Shown piece after piece: positions 13,101 through 25,599 of a DNA stretch of 64,000 nt (position 1 is the stretch's first letter; each line of letters opens with the position of its first letter). Source of the DNA: Squalus acanthias (taxonomy: Eukaryota); NCBI GenBank assembly GCA_030390025.1, contig CM059431.1:154878001-154942000 (forward strand), read 5' to 3'. Below the pieces are notes generated by a model. It was not told the DNA's origin. It did no database searches and saw only the letters and a program-made list of their open reading frames with translations. Both the position numbers and the translations under genes were made by a program.

Positions 13101-15553
13101 AGATGGAACTTCAGCACAAACGCACTCTCAGAAAACAGAGTAAGAAGCTGAGAGTCACAATCACTGGAGGAAAAGAGATGCCGAGGTCATGTTTGCTCGA
13201 TGAGAGTTACACTGATGTAACGATTGTTGCATCCCTGCGTGAGCGGAGATTGGTAGAAAACGAACTGAAGGCCCGAGGGAGAGAGCGCGAAGAGATACTA
13301 CGGGAAAATGTTATGAATGAACATGAAGTTCAAATCGATCAATTATTGAGAAGCAGTTTCTCTAAAGCAGACAGTTCTGGAACAACTGTGGTAATTGGGG
13401 CTGCAGGGATTGGGAAAAGCACCATGATACAGAAGATAATCCGTGACTGGGCCAAGGAAAAATATACCAGCAGTTCAAATTTGTCTTTCATTTTAAGTTT
13501 CCACAATTAAATTTAACAAAAGTCAGAACAAATTTAACTACTCTGATCCTGGATTCCTACCCTTACTTCGAAAATGTGTTGGAACATCTGTGGGAAGATC
13601 CCGGAAACATGTTGTTTATATTTGATGATTTAGACCAATTTGACCAAACCATCGAATTCACCGATGTTCAGAGAAACAACGACCCACACAATCAGTGTTT
13701 CGGTCCCGAATGCTGCTGTTCGGTGTCAGACATCGCACGCTGCCTCATTCAGGGAGAGTTGCTGAAAGGCTGTTCAGTACTGATCACAAGCCGGCCGTGG
13801 AAACTGAAGTCTGTGGGAATGGCAAACATAAATCAAACGCTCGAAATCCTGGGTTTCACCTCTGAGAAAATCAAACAATATTTTCGCTGTTATTTTGGAG
13901 ATGAACAATTTGCGACAGATGTAATCGAGTACATTGAGCAGAATGATACATTGTACACTATGTGCAATAATCCTCTGCACTGCTCAGTACTCGCTTCATT
14001 ATTAGAGTCACAGCGGACGCAAGGAGCGGGGGAGAGACAATTGTCCGTCACAACCAGCACACGGGTGTTCTCCACTTACGTCACAAACCTTTTAGAGAGA
14101 TGCGGCTGTGACGCTGAAACATCTCGCGACATGTTAATGAAACTAGGCAATTTGGCCCACGAGGGTATTTGCAAGAAAACCGTTGTGTTAAAAACCGAAC
14201 AATTAAATAGCCACAGACTCGAACTTTCCAATGTTATACGATAGCAAAATACTGCGGATGCTGGAAATCTGAAATAACAACAGAAAACGCTGGAAAAACT
14301 CAGCAGGCCAGGCAGCATCCGTGGAGAGAGAAAGAGAGTTAACGTTTCAGGTCGGTGACCTTTCGTCAGAACTGTGAAGAGCCGGAAAGCAAATAGATTT
14401 AAGGCCAGAGTAAAGCTGGGAAAAGGGGGAGGGGATAAAAGAACAAAGGGAGAGATGAAGAGACATTAAGAGACATTAAGAGATATGAAAGGCTAGAGGT
14501 GGTGTTAATGTGACAGATTAAGGCTGAAAGAAGTGTGAAATCCACTGGCAGAATGAAGGACAGCTGCCAGCTTCTAGGAGGAAAAAAAAGGTGGGGGGGG
14601 CAAATAAAAGGGTGGAAAAAATAAAATATAAATGTGATTGGAGCTGAGGTTATGATCTAAAATTGTTGAACTCGATATTGAGTCCAGAGGGCTGTAGCGT
14701 GCCTAAACGAAAGATGAGGTGCTGTTCCTCGAGCTTACGCTGCGCTTCCGTGGAACAGTGTAATAGGCCGAGGACGGTGAGGTCAGAGTGGGAGTGAAGC
14801 GGTGAATTAAAGTGACAGGCCACCGGGAGCTCGGGGTCCCCCTTACGGACTGAACGGAGGTGTTCCGCAAAGCGGTCACCCAATCTGCGTTTGGTCTCGC
14901 CAATGTAGAGGAGACCACATCGTGAGCAGCGAATACAGTATACTAAATTGCAGGAAGTACAATGTTATATCTGCGTTTATGATGGAGATTCGAGGCAAAG
15001 ATTTGTGTAGTGTTGACTACACATTCACTCACTCTGTCGTGCAGGACTTCGTCGCTGCACTTATGAAAAGTCTAAGCACACCAGGAAATGGACTGACAGT
15101 ATTGCTCAATGAAGGCTACACGTGCATTGACGAGAGATTCAATATATTTTCACGTTTTCTTGTCGGTCTCTCCTCCCGGAATTCAACTGATCAGCTTGAA
15201 AGAAAATTGGGGAAATTTCCTTCTGTAGCATTCCCGTGTGTGTCGCATTGGCTCACAGAAAATGTCAAAAGACGTGTTCAGAACTTGGAAAATGGGCAAA
15301 GCCAAAGGACATTCTTAATCATATTGCATTATTTTCTTGAATTTGGAGACATAAAACTAATGAAGGTCGCATTAACACCGATGAAGAGAGTGAAATTCAC
15401 CCAGTGTCCACTAAAACCTTCTGACTGTACAGTTCTTTCAAACGCATTAATGGCCGTTGAACTGATGGAAGAGTTGAATCTTAGTTCCAGTGGGATACAA
15501 GATGAACGCATTCATCAGCTGGAGCTCGTGCTACACAAATGTAAAATACTCAG
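13101..15553 (+). CDS. NLR NACHT exon (disrupted)
   Basis: Walker A GAAGIGKS, Walker B LFIFDDLDQF, LITSRP, CNNPLHC, WHD FTHSVVQDFVAA, first LRR ELNLSSSGI; ORF pieces 13085-13510, 13576-14244, 14922-15557. Confidence 0.9.
14239..14959 (-). mobile_element. 5'-truncated Penelope-like element (GIY-YIG endonuclease end plus 3' region)
   Basis: Minus strand LVYCIRCSRCGLLYIGETKRRLGDRFAEH...GLNIEF; TSD caatgttata at 14229-14238 and 14960-14969. Confidence 0.9.
14337..14374 (-). ncRNA. minimal type I hammerhead ribozyme of Penelope-like element
   Basis: AGTT-CTGACGA-A-AGGTC-ACC-GACCT-GAAAC-GTT-AACT: catalytic core, helix II, helix I, loopless palindromic helix III. Confidence 0.75.
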
Positions 15554-15934
15554 TTAATTCATCAAAACCTTTAAAAAGCGTTATCAACAACTACTTTTTC
15601 ACTGGCATGTGGCATAATATTAGGTAAAAGCAAAGACATATACTGAAATCGATCAATTAATGAGCATATTTTCTCATTCCACTTTCTGCTGTGCTAAAAG
15701 TAACCTTAAGAGACGGCATTGGAGGGTCTGTTCGGGTAATACCTGAAAGTGTTGTGATGCTCATTTAATTACATCAGATTGGATGTTGGCAATATCACAT
15801 CCGAATCAAGCGCACCCTTTGCACCACGGGGAAATCTGGATTAATCAGTAAGATAAACACCCCTACCCTTTAATCATGATATATTTGATCGCTATTTTGA
15901 AAAATACACCATTTCTAACATTCAAACAATCTTA

Positions 15935-16230
15935 CACCATAGAAGGGGGCCGTTCAGACCATCGTGCTATTGCCGGTTTTTCGAAAGACCTATCCAATTA
16001 GTCCCACTCCCCTGCTCTTTCCCCATACCCCTGCATATTTATCCCCTGCAAGTTTTCATAAAATTCCTTTTGGATATCTATAGTTGGATCTGCTTCCACC
16101 AGCCTCTCAGAGAGAGCATTCCAGATCATAACAACTCGCTCCATAAATGTTTTTCCTCTTGTCACCTCTAGCTCTTCAGCCAATTACCTTAAATCACTGT
16201 CATCTGGTTACTGACCATGTGACACTGGAA
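15935..16230 (-). mobile_element. CR1 3' end fragment
   Basis: ERVVMIWNALSE...QGYGERAGEWD CR1 C-terminus and 3' UTR. Confidence 0.75.
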
Positions 16231-16974
16231 CATTGTCAGAAACAAAATATCTAGTTCATTTTAAACTGTAAATAAATAGCATTGTTAAATGTTGCAGTTT
16301 GTAAAATTTACAAGCGAGTTTTAACTGTATTTTTCTAAATTTTCCAAGTCCTCGATCAGATCAGATTTGTCAAATCAATAATGTTGTTCTTGAGTTCAAT
16401 GATTCCAAGTGAGGCAGTTCGATGTGGGTTCGCGTCTGTGATTCCTCAAATTCTGAGTACTCTTTCCAGCCGCACTGCTCTGCCAAGGCTTCATCAGAGG
16501 TCTGGAGGAAGAAAGGCGAGAGGGAATGTCACTCCAACTGCTCTTATGCACATTCGAGAGATGTGTTCCCATCCCCATCAGTGGATTCTAAAATAGACTT
16601 TGGCATGATTTCGCGGCATTTGTGAACCACTGTGCATCAAATAGATAACTTTCCTGAAATAGAGACAAGTTCAAAGTGACGGTCTCCTATGTTACCCTAA
16701 ATTCTCCTTTTAATGACGGGTATCGTCCTGTGAGAGACATATGTCGTGGATTCCTCTACGTTAAAGTTTACAACATTTAATCTGCCAACCTCTCAGCGCC
16801 TACTTTAAATGTAATAATTTTATAACGTATGGTTAAATAATGACCACGTGCATTAGAGTAACTTCCACTTAAAACAACTTCACCTTTTGATCGTCACTGA
16901 TTTGGCGGCTTGCGCTATATCAAAATAATTTAATGGAACTCATTGAAGAGAATTTTAATTAAGGGTCTTATAAT

Positions 16975-17154
16975 ATATTTAAGAGTGAATTAGATATATT
17001 TCTAGAGGCAAAAGGGATTAAGGGTTACGGAGAGAAGGCGGGGACAGGATACTGAATTGGAGGATCAGCCATGATCTCATTAAATGGCGGAGCAGGCTCG
17101 AAGTGCCGGATGGCCTACTCCTGCTCCTATCTTCTATGTATCTATGTATCTATG
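16975..17154 (+). mobile_element. short young CR1 3' end insertion
   Basis: Nearly identical to 60170-60352; (TCTATGTA)n tail; TSD tataat at 16969-16974 and 17155-17160. Confidence 0.85.
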
Positions 17155-17272
17155 TATAATCGCGTCTTGGAGAGCAGAGTATCCCACGTTAAATTAATTA
17201 TTTAATTACGAATAGTTTTATATCTGTTGCATTGCTATCTATTAATTATTGATTTTGCTTATTTGTGTTCAG

Positions 17273-17359
17273 ACTCAATGAGAATAAACTGGGAGATTCG
17301 GGAGTGAAACGGATCTCTGCGGTTCTGAAGAAAAATGATTGTAAAATACAGAGACTGGA
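17273..17359 (+). CDS. NLR LRR exon (87 nt)
   Basis: ttcag|...LNENKLGDSGVKRISAVLKKNDCKIQRL...|gtgagt, phase 2-2, ribonuclease-inhibitor-type LRR. Confidence 0.88.
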
Positions 17360-17625
17360 GTGAGTAATTATGTTTATTATATCGAACTGCACACCTATAA
17401 ATATATTTATCTACAATAATTATAATTAATGTAAGAATGATGATCAGTCTGCTCATTTTTCAATTTTCATTAAGACGGAAATAATTTAGAAACAGGAAAC
17501 AATGCATATATCATGAAAAGGTTTCTCCCACGATTCTAGAATATCACAGTAATTATTTGTAAGTGGTGAATATTTTGACGTGTGAGCGCTTTACTTAATT
17601 TGTGTTTATTTTTCGATCACTGCAG

Positions 17626-17817
17626 GTTAAAAGCTAACGATCTCACAGATCATTGTGTGGAAAATCTGGTCTCTGCTCTCCATGAAAACGGTTCACTGAT
17701 GGAGCTGGATCTGAGTAATGATAATCAGGATGGCGAACAGGCCAACAGACTGACTGACGATTCTGTTCCGGCATTGTGCCGTCTCATTCAGAGTAGAGCT
17801 AATCTCAAGGAAATCAG
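17626..17817 (+). CDS. NLR LRR exon (192 nt)
   Basis: tgcag|...LKANDLTDHCVENLVSALHENGSLMELDLSN...NLKEI...|gtgagt, phase 2-2. Confidence 0.88.
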
Positions 17818-18339
17818 GTGAGTTTCTGTATAAACTATTTATTAATTAAATGTTCTTTCCCGTGTAAAATGTATTTTCGGTATTTTAATTTGAATGGACT
17901 AGATATGGGAAAATTGAAATTATTAATTTGTGGCTAATTTATCTACTTCACTTGAGTAAACACATTTATTTTGAATGAATTTAATAATATCGCTACTCAC
18001 AGTGAGCGGAAGAATCCACTCCTTATCAATAATTATTTTTCGTTATTTTAATATTTTTGAGTTTGATACACAATCAATTTTCTGCAGAAGGAATGAAAAT
18101 TCTGAAGTCGGTCAATGTATCGGATCATTTGACTATAATTATAGAATAAGGGAATGCTTATCATGATTGTTTTATACAAATGTGTTAATTAGGTGATACT
18201 CTATAGAATCAGTTGCATTTTTGATCAGGTTGTCGGGTCATGCTCCAGAGTGAACAATGAACATACATGAGCTCAGGAGACGCATTTCCCCCCATATCAC
18301 TGTTCAGTGACCCAAGTATTCTTTCCTGGTTAAACAGCG

Positions 18340-18635
18340 ATATACTAGTACTTCTTTCAATGCATTACGCTGTATTCGCTGTTCACAATGCGGACTCCGC
18401 TACAGTGGGGAGATCAACTGCAGAATCAGTAATTGCTTTGGTGAACACACCTGTTCACTCCGCAAGTGTGACCCTGAGCTTCTGGTAGCTGGCCATTTCA
18501 TTTCTCCATCGCACTGTGACCTCTTTGTACTCGGGCAATGAGGCTCATCAGAAGCTCGAGGAATAGCTCATCATCTTTTGATTAGGCACTTTGCCACCTT
18601 CCGGACTCAACACTGAGTTCAACAATTTTAGAACA
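18340..18635 (+). mobile_element. degenerate Penelope GIY-YIG fragment
   Basis: Similar to reverse complement of 14655-14959 (aagctcgaggaatagc...ggactcaacactgagttcaacaatttt). Confidence 0.75.
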
Positions 18636-18989
18636 AAGCCTCTGCTATCATTTGTTACGACTGCAGGTGCCGTTAATGGTTCTGCTGTTCAATGAAGAGT
18701 GTCCCGCTGGATGTTATCACAGAATTCAGAGCCGGATCCCAGATCTCATCTCGCTGCGATTGGTGATGGAACTCTGAACCTCATGACTCAGAGGCTAGAA
18801 TGTTGCCATGCAGTCGAATTCCTGAAGTGAACAGGAGTTATTATCAGGTGTGGACAGATTTAATTCAGTCCCAATTTTATAGGCATGCATTCTGTCGTTA
18901 TTTTTATATTAATATTTTGATTTGATATTATATTTGATAAATAATAACAAAACTATAGATAATTTAGCTTGCAGAGGTATAGTGTTCAC

Positions 18990-19120
18990 TGATGACTCAC
19001 AGAACTCACAGAACTCACAGAATCCCACAGTGCAGATATAGGCCATTTCGGCCCATCGAGCCTGCACCGACACATATCCCACCCTATCCCCTTAACCCCA
19101 CGTATATTAATCACCCTAAC
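18990..19120 (-). mobile_element. 3' part of an HE1-like SINE; continues at 22610-22662 beyond a CR1 insertion
   Basis: ccctaaca joined to ctaagggtcaatttatcatagcc matches the reverse complement of the SINE at 44800-44900; (TCTGTGAGT)n tail. Confidence 0.75.
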
Positions 19121-22100
19121 ATAGAACATAGAACAGTACAGCACAGTACAGGCCCTTCGGCCCTCGATGTTGTGCCGAGCATTGTCCGAGACCAAGATCA
19201 AGCTATCACACTCCCTATCACTCTGGTGTGCTCCATGTGCTTATCCAATAACCGCTTGAAAGTTCCTAAAGTGTCCGACTCCACTATCACAGCAGGCAGT
19301 CCATTCCACACCCCAACCAATCTCTGAGTAAAGAATCTACCTCGGACATCCCTTCTATATCTCCCCCCATGCACCTTATAGTTATGCCCCCTTGTAACAG
19401 CTGCCTCTACCCGAGGAAATAGTCTCTGAAAATCCACTCTATCTATCCCCCTCATCATCCTATAAACCTCTATTAAATCGCCTCTCATCCTCCTCCGCTC
19501 TAAAGAGAAAAGCCCCAACTCCCTCAATCTTTCCTCATAAGACTTCCCCCCAAACCAGGCAGCATCCTGGTAAATCTCCTTTGCACTCTTTCCAATGCTT
19601 CCACGTCCTTCCTATAGTGAGGTGACCAGAACTGCACACAATATTCCAAATGTGGTCTCACCAAGGTCCTGTACAGTTGCAGCATAACCTCACGGTTCTT
19701 AAACTCAAACCCTCTGTTAATAAACGCCAACACACCATAGGCCTTCTTTACTGCTCTATCCACTTGAGTGGCAACCTTCAGAGATCTGTGGATATGAACC
19801 CCCAGATCCCTCTGTTCCTCCACGTTCCTCAGAACCCTGCCGTTGACCCTGTAATCCTTATTCAAATTTGCCCTACCAAAATGAATCACCTCGCACTTAT
19901 CAGGGTTAAATTCCATCTGCCATTTTTCGGCCCAGCTCTGCATCCTATCAATGTCTCTTTGCAGCCTACAACAGCCTTCCACCTCATCCACTGCTCCACC
20001 AATCTTGGTGTCATCAGCAAATTTACTGACCCACCCTTCAGTCCCCTCCTCTAAGTCATTGATAAAAATCACAAACAGCAGAGGACCCAGCACCGACCCC
20101 TGTGGCACACCGCTGGTAACTGGTCTCCAGTCCGAAAATGCTCCATCAACCACCACCCTCTGCCTTCTATGAGATAGCCAGTTACTTATCCAATCGGCCA
20201 CATTTCCCTCTATCCCACAACTCCTTACTTTCTTCATGAGCTGACCATGGGGAACCTTATCAAACGCCTTACTAAAATCCATGTATACGACATCAACTGC
20301 TCTACCTTCATCTGCACACTTAGTTACCTCCTCAAAGAATTCAATCAAATTTGTTAGGCGAGACTTATCCTTCACGAATCCGTGTTGACTATCCCTGATT
20401 AAGTTGCCCCTTTCCAAATGTTCATAAATCCTATCCCTCAGGACCTTTTCCATTATCTTACCAACCACCGAAGTAAGACTAACCGGCCTATAATTACCAG
20501 GGTCATTCCTATTTACTTTCTTGAAGAGAGGAACAACATTCGCCACTCTCCAGTCCTCTGGCACCATTCCCGTGGACAGTGAGGACCCAAAGATCAAAGC
20601 CAGAGGCTCTGCAATCTCCTCCCTTGCCTCCCAAAGAATCCTAGGATATATCCCATCTGGCCCAGGGGACTTATCGACCCTCAGGTTCTTCAAAATTGCT
20701 AAAACAGCTTCCCTCAGAACATCTACCACCTCCAGCCTATCCACCTTTATCACACACTCATCCTCAAGAACATGGCCCCTCTCCTCGGTGAACACTGACG
20801 AAAAGTATTCATTCATCACCTCTCCTATCTCTTCTGACTCCATGCACAATTTCCCACTACTGTCCTTGACCGGCCCTACCCTCACCCTGGTCATTCTTTT
20901 ATTTCTCACATAAGAGTAAAAGGCCTTGGGGTTTTTCTTGTTCCGACCCGCCAAGGACTTCTCATGCCCCCTCCTAGTTCTCCTAAGCTCTTTTTTTAGC
21001 TCATTCCTTACTACCTTGTACCCCTCAATCGACCCAACTGAACCTTGTTTTCTCATCCTTACATACGCTTCCCTTTTCACTCTTGACTAGACATTCAACC
21101 TCTTTTGTGAACCATGGTTCTCTCACTCGGCCATTTCCTCCCTGCCTGACAGGGACATACCTACCAAGGACACGCAGTAATTGCTCCATGAAAAAGCTCC
21201 ACTTTTCGTTTGTGCCTTTCCCTGATAGTTTCTGTTCCCATCTTATACTCCCTAATTCTTGCCTAATCGCATCATAATTACCCCTCCCCCAATTATAAAC
21301 CCTGCCCTGCCGTATGGCCCTATCCCTCTCCATTGAAATAGTGAAAGTTACCGAATTGTGGTCACTATCTCCAAAGTGCTCTCCCACATACAAATCAAAC
21401 ACTTGGCCCGGTTCATTACCCAGTACCAAATCCAACGTGGCCCCAGCTCTTGTCGGCCTATCCACATATTGTGTCAGGAAACCCTCCTGCACACACTGTG
21501 CAAAAACTATCCCATCCGAACTGTTTGACCTATAAAGGTTCCAAACAATATTTGGAAAGTTGAAGTCACCCATGACAACTACTCTGTGACCTCCACACCT
21601 TTTCATAATCTGCTTTGCAATTTCTTCCTCCACATCTCTATTACTATTTGGGGGCCTGTAGAAAACTCCTAACAACGTGACCGCTCCTTTCCTATTTCTA
21701 AATTCAGCCCATATTACCTCAGACGGCAGATCCCCCTCGAACTGCCTTTCTGCCGCTGTTAAACTATCCTTGATTAACAATGCTACTCCTCCACCTTTCT
21801 TACCAACTTCCCTCCTCTTACTGAAACATCTATACCCCGGAACTTCCAACAACCATTCCTGTCCCTGTTCTAACCATGTCTCCGTAATGGCCACCACATC
21901 GTAGTCCCAAGTACCAATCCACGCTCCAAGTTCTCCTACCTTATTCCGGATGCTCCTTGCATTGAAGTAGACACACTTCAAGCCATCTTCCTGTCTGCCG
22001 GTACATTCCTGCGACCTTGATACCCTCCTCAGTACCTCCCTACACTCACCACTGGCTCCTGGACTAAAGCCCTTTTTCCCATCCCCCTGACAAATTAGTT

Positions 22101-22609
22101 TAAACCCCCCCGAAGAGCCGTAGCAAATTTCCCTCCCAGGATTTTGGTGCCCCTCTGGTTCAGGTGCAAACCGTCCTGTTTGTACAGGTCCCACCTTCCC
22201 CAGAATGTGCTCCAATTATACACATAACTGAAACCCTCCCCGCTACACCATCCCTGCAGCCACGTGTTTATCTGCACTCTCTCCCTGTTCCTCAACTCGC
22301 TAGCACGTGGCACCGGCAACAAACCAGAAATTACAACATGGTTTGTACTGGCTTTCAGCTTCCAACCAAGCTCCCTAAATTCCTGTTTTAAATCCCCGTC
22401 CCTTCTCCTACCTATGTCGTTGGTACCGATGTGTACCACGACTTGTGATTGTTCCCCCTCCCCTTTGAGGAATCTGAAAACACGGTCCGAGACGTCACGG
22501 ACCCTGGCACCCGGGAGGCAACATACCATCCGTGAGTCTCTTTTGCTGCCACAGAACCTCCTATCTGTCCCTCTGACTATTGAGTCCCCAATAACTATTG
22601 CTCTCCTGC
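19121..22609 (-). mobile_element. 5'-truncated CR1 LINE (partial ORF1 esterase, ORF2 with two frameshifts)
   Basis: ORFs 22095-22529 (HIGTND, DGLH), 21025-22215 (APE), 19524-21080 (RT, FADD), 19198-19527. Confidence 0.95.
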
Positions 22610-23164
22610 ACTAAGGGTCAATTTATCATAGCCAAATCAATCTAACCCGCACATCTTTGGACATGGGATTTCTCCACAAGGAGTTGGACAATGTAATTGG
22701 GAGGCGCTGCAGCGCTGCCACTGGGCAAAGGGTGTAATTAAATCTTAAGAAGGATATCCACAGCGTCAATTTGAAATGGGAACATCAGGATGTATAGTGT
22801 ATCTGCAAAGAGATATAAGGTTTTTAAATATATTGCAAAAACATCTAATCCAAGAGTTATTGAAATAATAATAACATAAACGCCATTTGCAATGGAGTAT
22901 GAAATAAATGTGCGTGCACTGAATTATTTATGCAAGGTAGAAAGGGATTGTGGATCGCACTGTTGCGAATGTGATCATTGAATAGCCAGTGCTGGACAGC
23001 TCAGGACACAAATAAAGTGTAAATAAACTAATTTTGGCGACATCCTGTAGATCTGATAGAGAGAAACATGAGTCACAGATGGAGCGTCTTCCTGAGTTTC
23101 ACGAAGTGTCTAGTAGATACGGGCTGTACCTCTGTGAGTTCGATTGTATAAGTGACTCAGAAGC

Positions 23165-23990
23165 GACAATTTTCGTGTCATCTGCGAAATTACTGATCAT
23201 ACCTCCTACATTCATATCTGAAGCATTAATATACACTACAAACAGCAAAGGACACAACACCGATCCCTGTAGTACACCACTGGACACAAGCTTCCAGACA
23301 AACAAACAGCCTTCGAGCATTACCCTCTGCCTCCTGCCACTAAGGCAATTTTGGATCCAATGTGCCATGTTGCCCTGGATCCCATGGGCTCTTACCTTCT
23401 TGACCAGTCTCCCATGCGGGACTTTGTTAAAATCCTTACAGAAGTCCATGTAGAACACATCAACTGCAATACCCTCATCCACACACCTAGTCAGCCCCTG
23501 GAAAAATTCAATAAAATTGGTCAGACATGATCTCCCCCTGACAAAGCAATGAGGACTATCCATGATTAATCCTTGCATCTCCAATTGGAAACCAATTCTG
23601 TTCATCAGAATGTTTTCCAATAATTTACCTAACACTGATGTTAGGCTCAATGGCCTGTAATTCCCTGGTGTATCCCTGCTACCCTTCTTGAATAATGGTA
23701 CTACGTTAGCTGTTCTCTAGTACTCTGGCACTTTCCAGTGGCCAAAGAGGTTCTGAAAATGTGTGTCAGAGCCCCTGCAATCTCCTCCCTTGCCTCACCC
23801 AACAGCCTGGGATACATTTCGTCTGGGCCTGTGGATTTATCCACTTTTAAGCCCGCTAAAATCACTAGTACATTGTCCCTCTCAATACTAATGTGTTTAT
23901 GTATATCACATTCCCCCTGCCTGATTTCTATGCCTACATCGTCCTTCTCCATAGTGAACACAGATGCAAAATATTCATTTACAACCCCAT
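23165..23990 (-). mobile_element. CR1 RT fragment
   Basis: ORFs 23099-23650 and 23701-23997 resemble 6690-7510. Confidence 0.88.
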
Positions 23991-25599
23991 CGGTCATCGG
24001 TAAATGTGGTAAATCACTTTCTATGCAATCATCTAAGTGTTAATAAATACTGTGAATAGTTGAGGCTGCGGGATACCACTAGTCTCCTGCCAATCTGGAT
24101 ACCTACCTATTATCGCTACTGCGTGCTCCGTGCCAGTCAGCCAATTTCCTGACGAGGTCAGTAATTAGCCCTCAATTCCGTGGGTTTCTACCTTAGTTAA
24201 ATGCCTCTTCGGTGGGACTTTATCAAATGCCTTCTGGATGTACATATAAATAACATTCCCCTGTCCACTACTTTAGTCATCTCCTCAAAAAAATTCAATC
24301 GATTATGTCAGGCATGCCAGTTTCAAAAATCCATGCTTGAAAATAGGTCTCTTCTGCAAATAAATGTTAGACTAGTGACTGACTGCAAATAGTGGGTCGA
24401 TGTGCTGTTGGACAGACGGAGCTTGTGGGGCACCGGCACGCATATACGTATAAATATATATATCCTAAAAGCTATATTGGATACACTCTAGCAGACATGT
24501 TGAAGTTATTTGAAAATTGCATTGAAGTTACCATCAATTTCCAAGTTTTGTTCTGCAAAGAAGTTGTTGAAAGTAGTGGTGCTGCCTCGCAGGATTCAGC
24601 TCGGTAGCCACTATTAAAATCTATTACTAATTTGATTATATATCTTGATCGAAATTTGCAGATGGTGCGAAAATGTGGAGTACAGTTAATTATTAAGACC
24701 AGAGGAAACTGCAAAGGGTAATTGAAAAGATGGGGGATTTGTTAAAAAAAGTATGACAGAATCAATGTCAGTGTCAGGTGATATATATAGGTAACATTTT
24801 AGCTGTAATTTTACACTGAACAAAATTAGATTGAGTACTGTGGCAAAGCAGAACGAATTTGAGGGAAAACGTGCAGGGGTTTTTAAATGCAGCACCTCAT
24901 TTTGAAAACGACGTGGATTAACTAATGGACTTCTAGGTTTAATGACAATAGTTATAGATTAAGGTTACTGAGATAATAGTTAGCCCATTTAAAACCTTAA
25001 TTACACCTCCATTAGAATGCTGTGTGCACAATCGAGCTGCAGGCTTTATGAAGGAAATTGAGCCTCACGGGGGTTTACAAATCCTATTCACTAGAATGCT
25101 GCCTGGTATCAGGTAAAACAGATGCAAAGAAAGACTTTGAAAAACGCAACTTTTTCATTGTAACGACACATATTATGGAACGACATCATAGATGTATTTA
25201 AAATTATGAATCGGTGGGACAGGAAAAATATAAGCAGGCTGTTTTCAATAGTTGCGGTATCACCAACCGAGGAGCCAATTAATTAAATTTTCTGAGTTTC
25301 CAGTTGCACAATGAATGGAATTAGCTCCCAAACATTTCAAATAAAGATTAAATCAAAAGGTGAAATTAGAGCACCACAATTAGAAGTTGATAGGCCGATG
25401 AAGCGTAAACTTCAATTGTTTACTGAAACACCATTTCTGATTCAGCTGCAGCAAGTGAAACTCGGAGCCTGATCCTAATGGCTGCGAACATCTTGAAAAA
25501 GGCCGATACTGTAACTCATTAACTGGAGACTTTCTGCTAGACAATATAATCATTGCTCTGTTGCTAATAGGATAATAACTTGCGATGGCAATTGTACAC

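Larger units (their letters stand above)
4627..17817 (+). pseudogene. NLR (CARD-like + NACHT + LRR) immune receptor pseudogene; first exon(s) not identified
   Basis: Phase-compatible exons 4627-4825, 13101-15553, 17273-17359, 17626-17817; frameshift at ~13458, insertion 14239-14959, donor GT>TT at 15554. Confidence 0.85.

Noticed and set aside
14941..14960. Cryptic acceptor (aaattgcag) that might splice out the Penelope insert
   Set aside because: No phase-compatible donor found upstream of the stop at 14242
18229..18253. Possible terminal NLR exon (RLSGHAPE*)
   Set aside because: Acceptor and phase fit, but it is too short and lacks an LRR pattern, so it is unsupported
18995..19022. Short direct repeats (ACTCACAGA)n
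   Set aside because: Retroposon 3' terminal microsatellite, not a CRISPR or regulatory array
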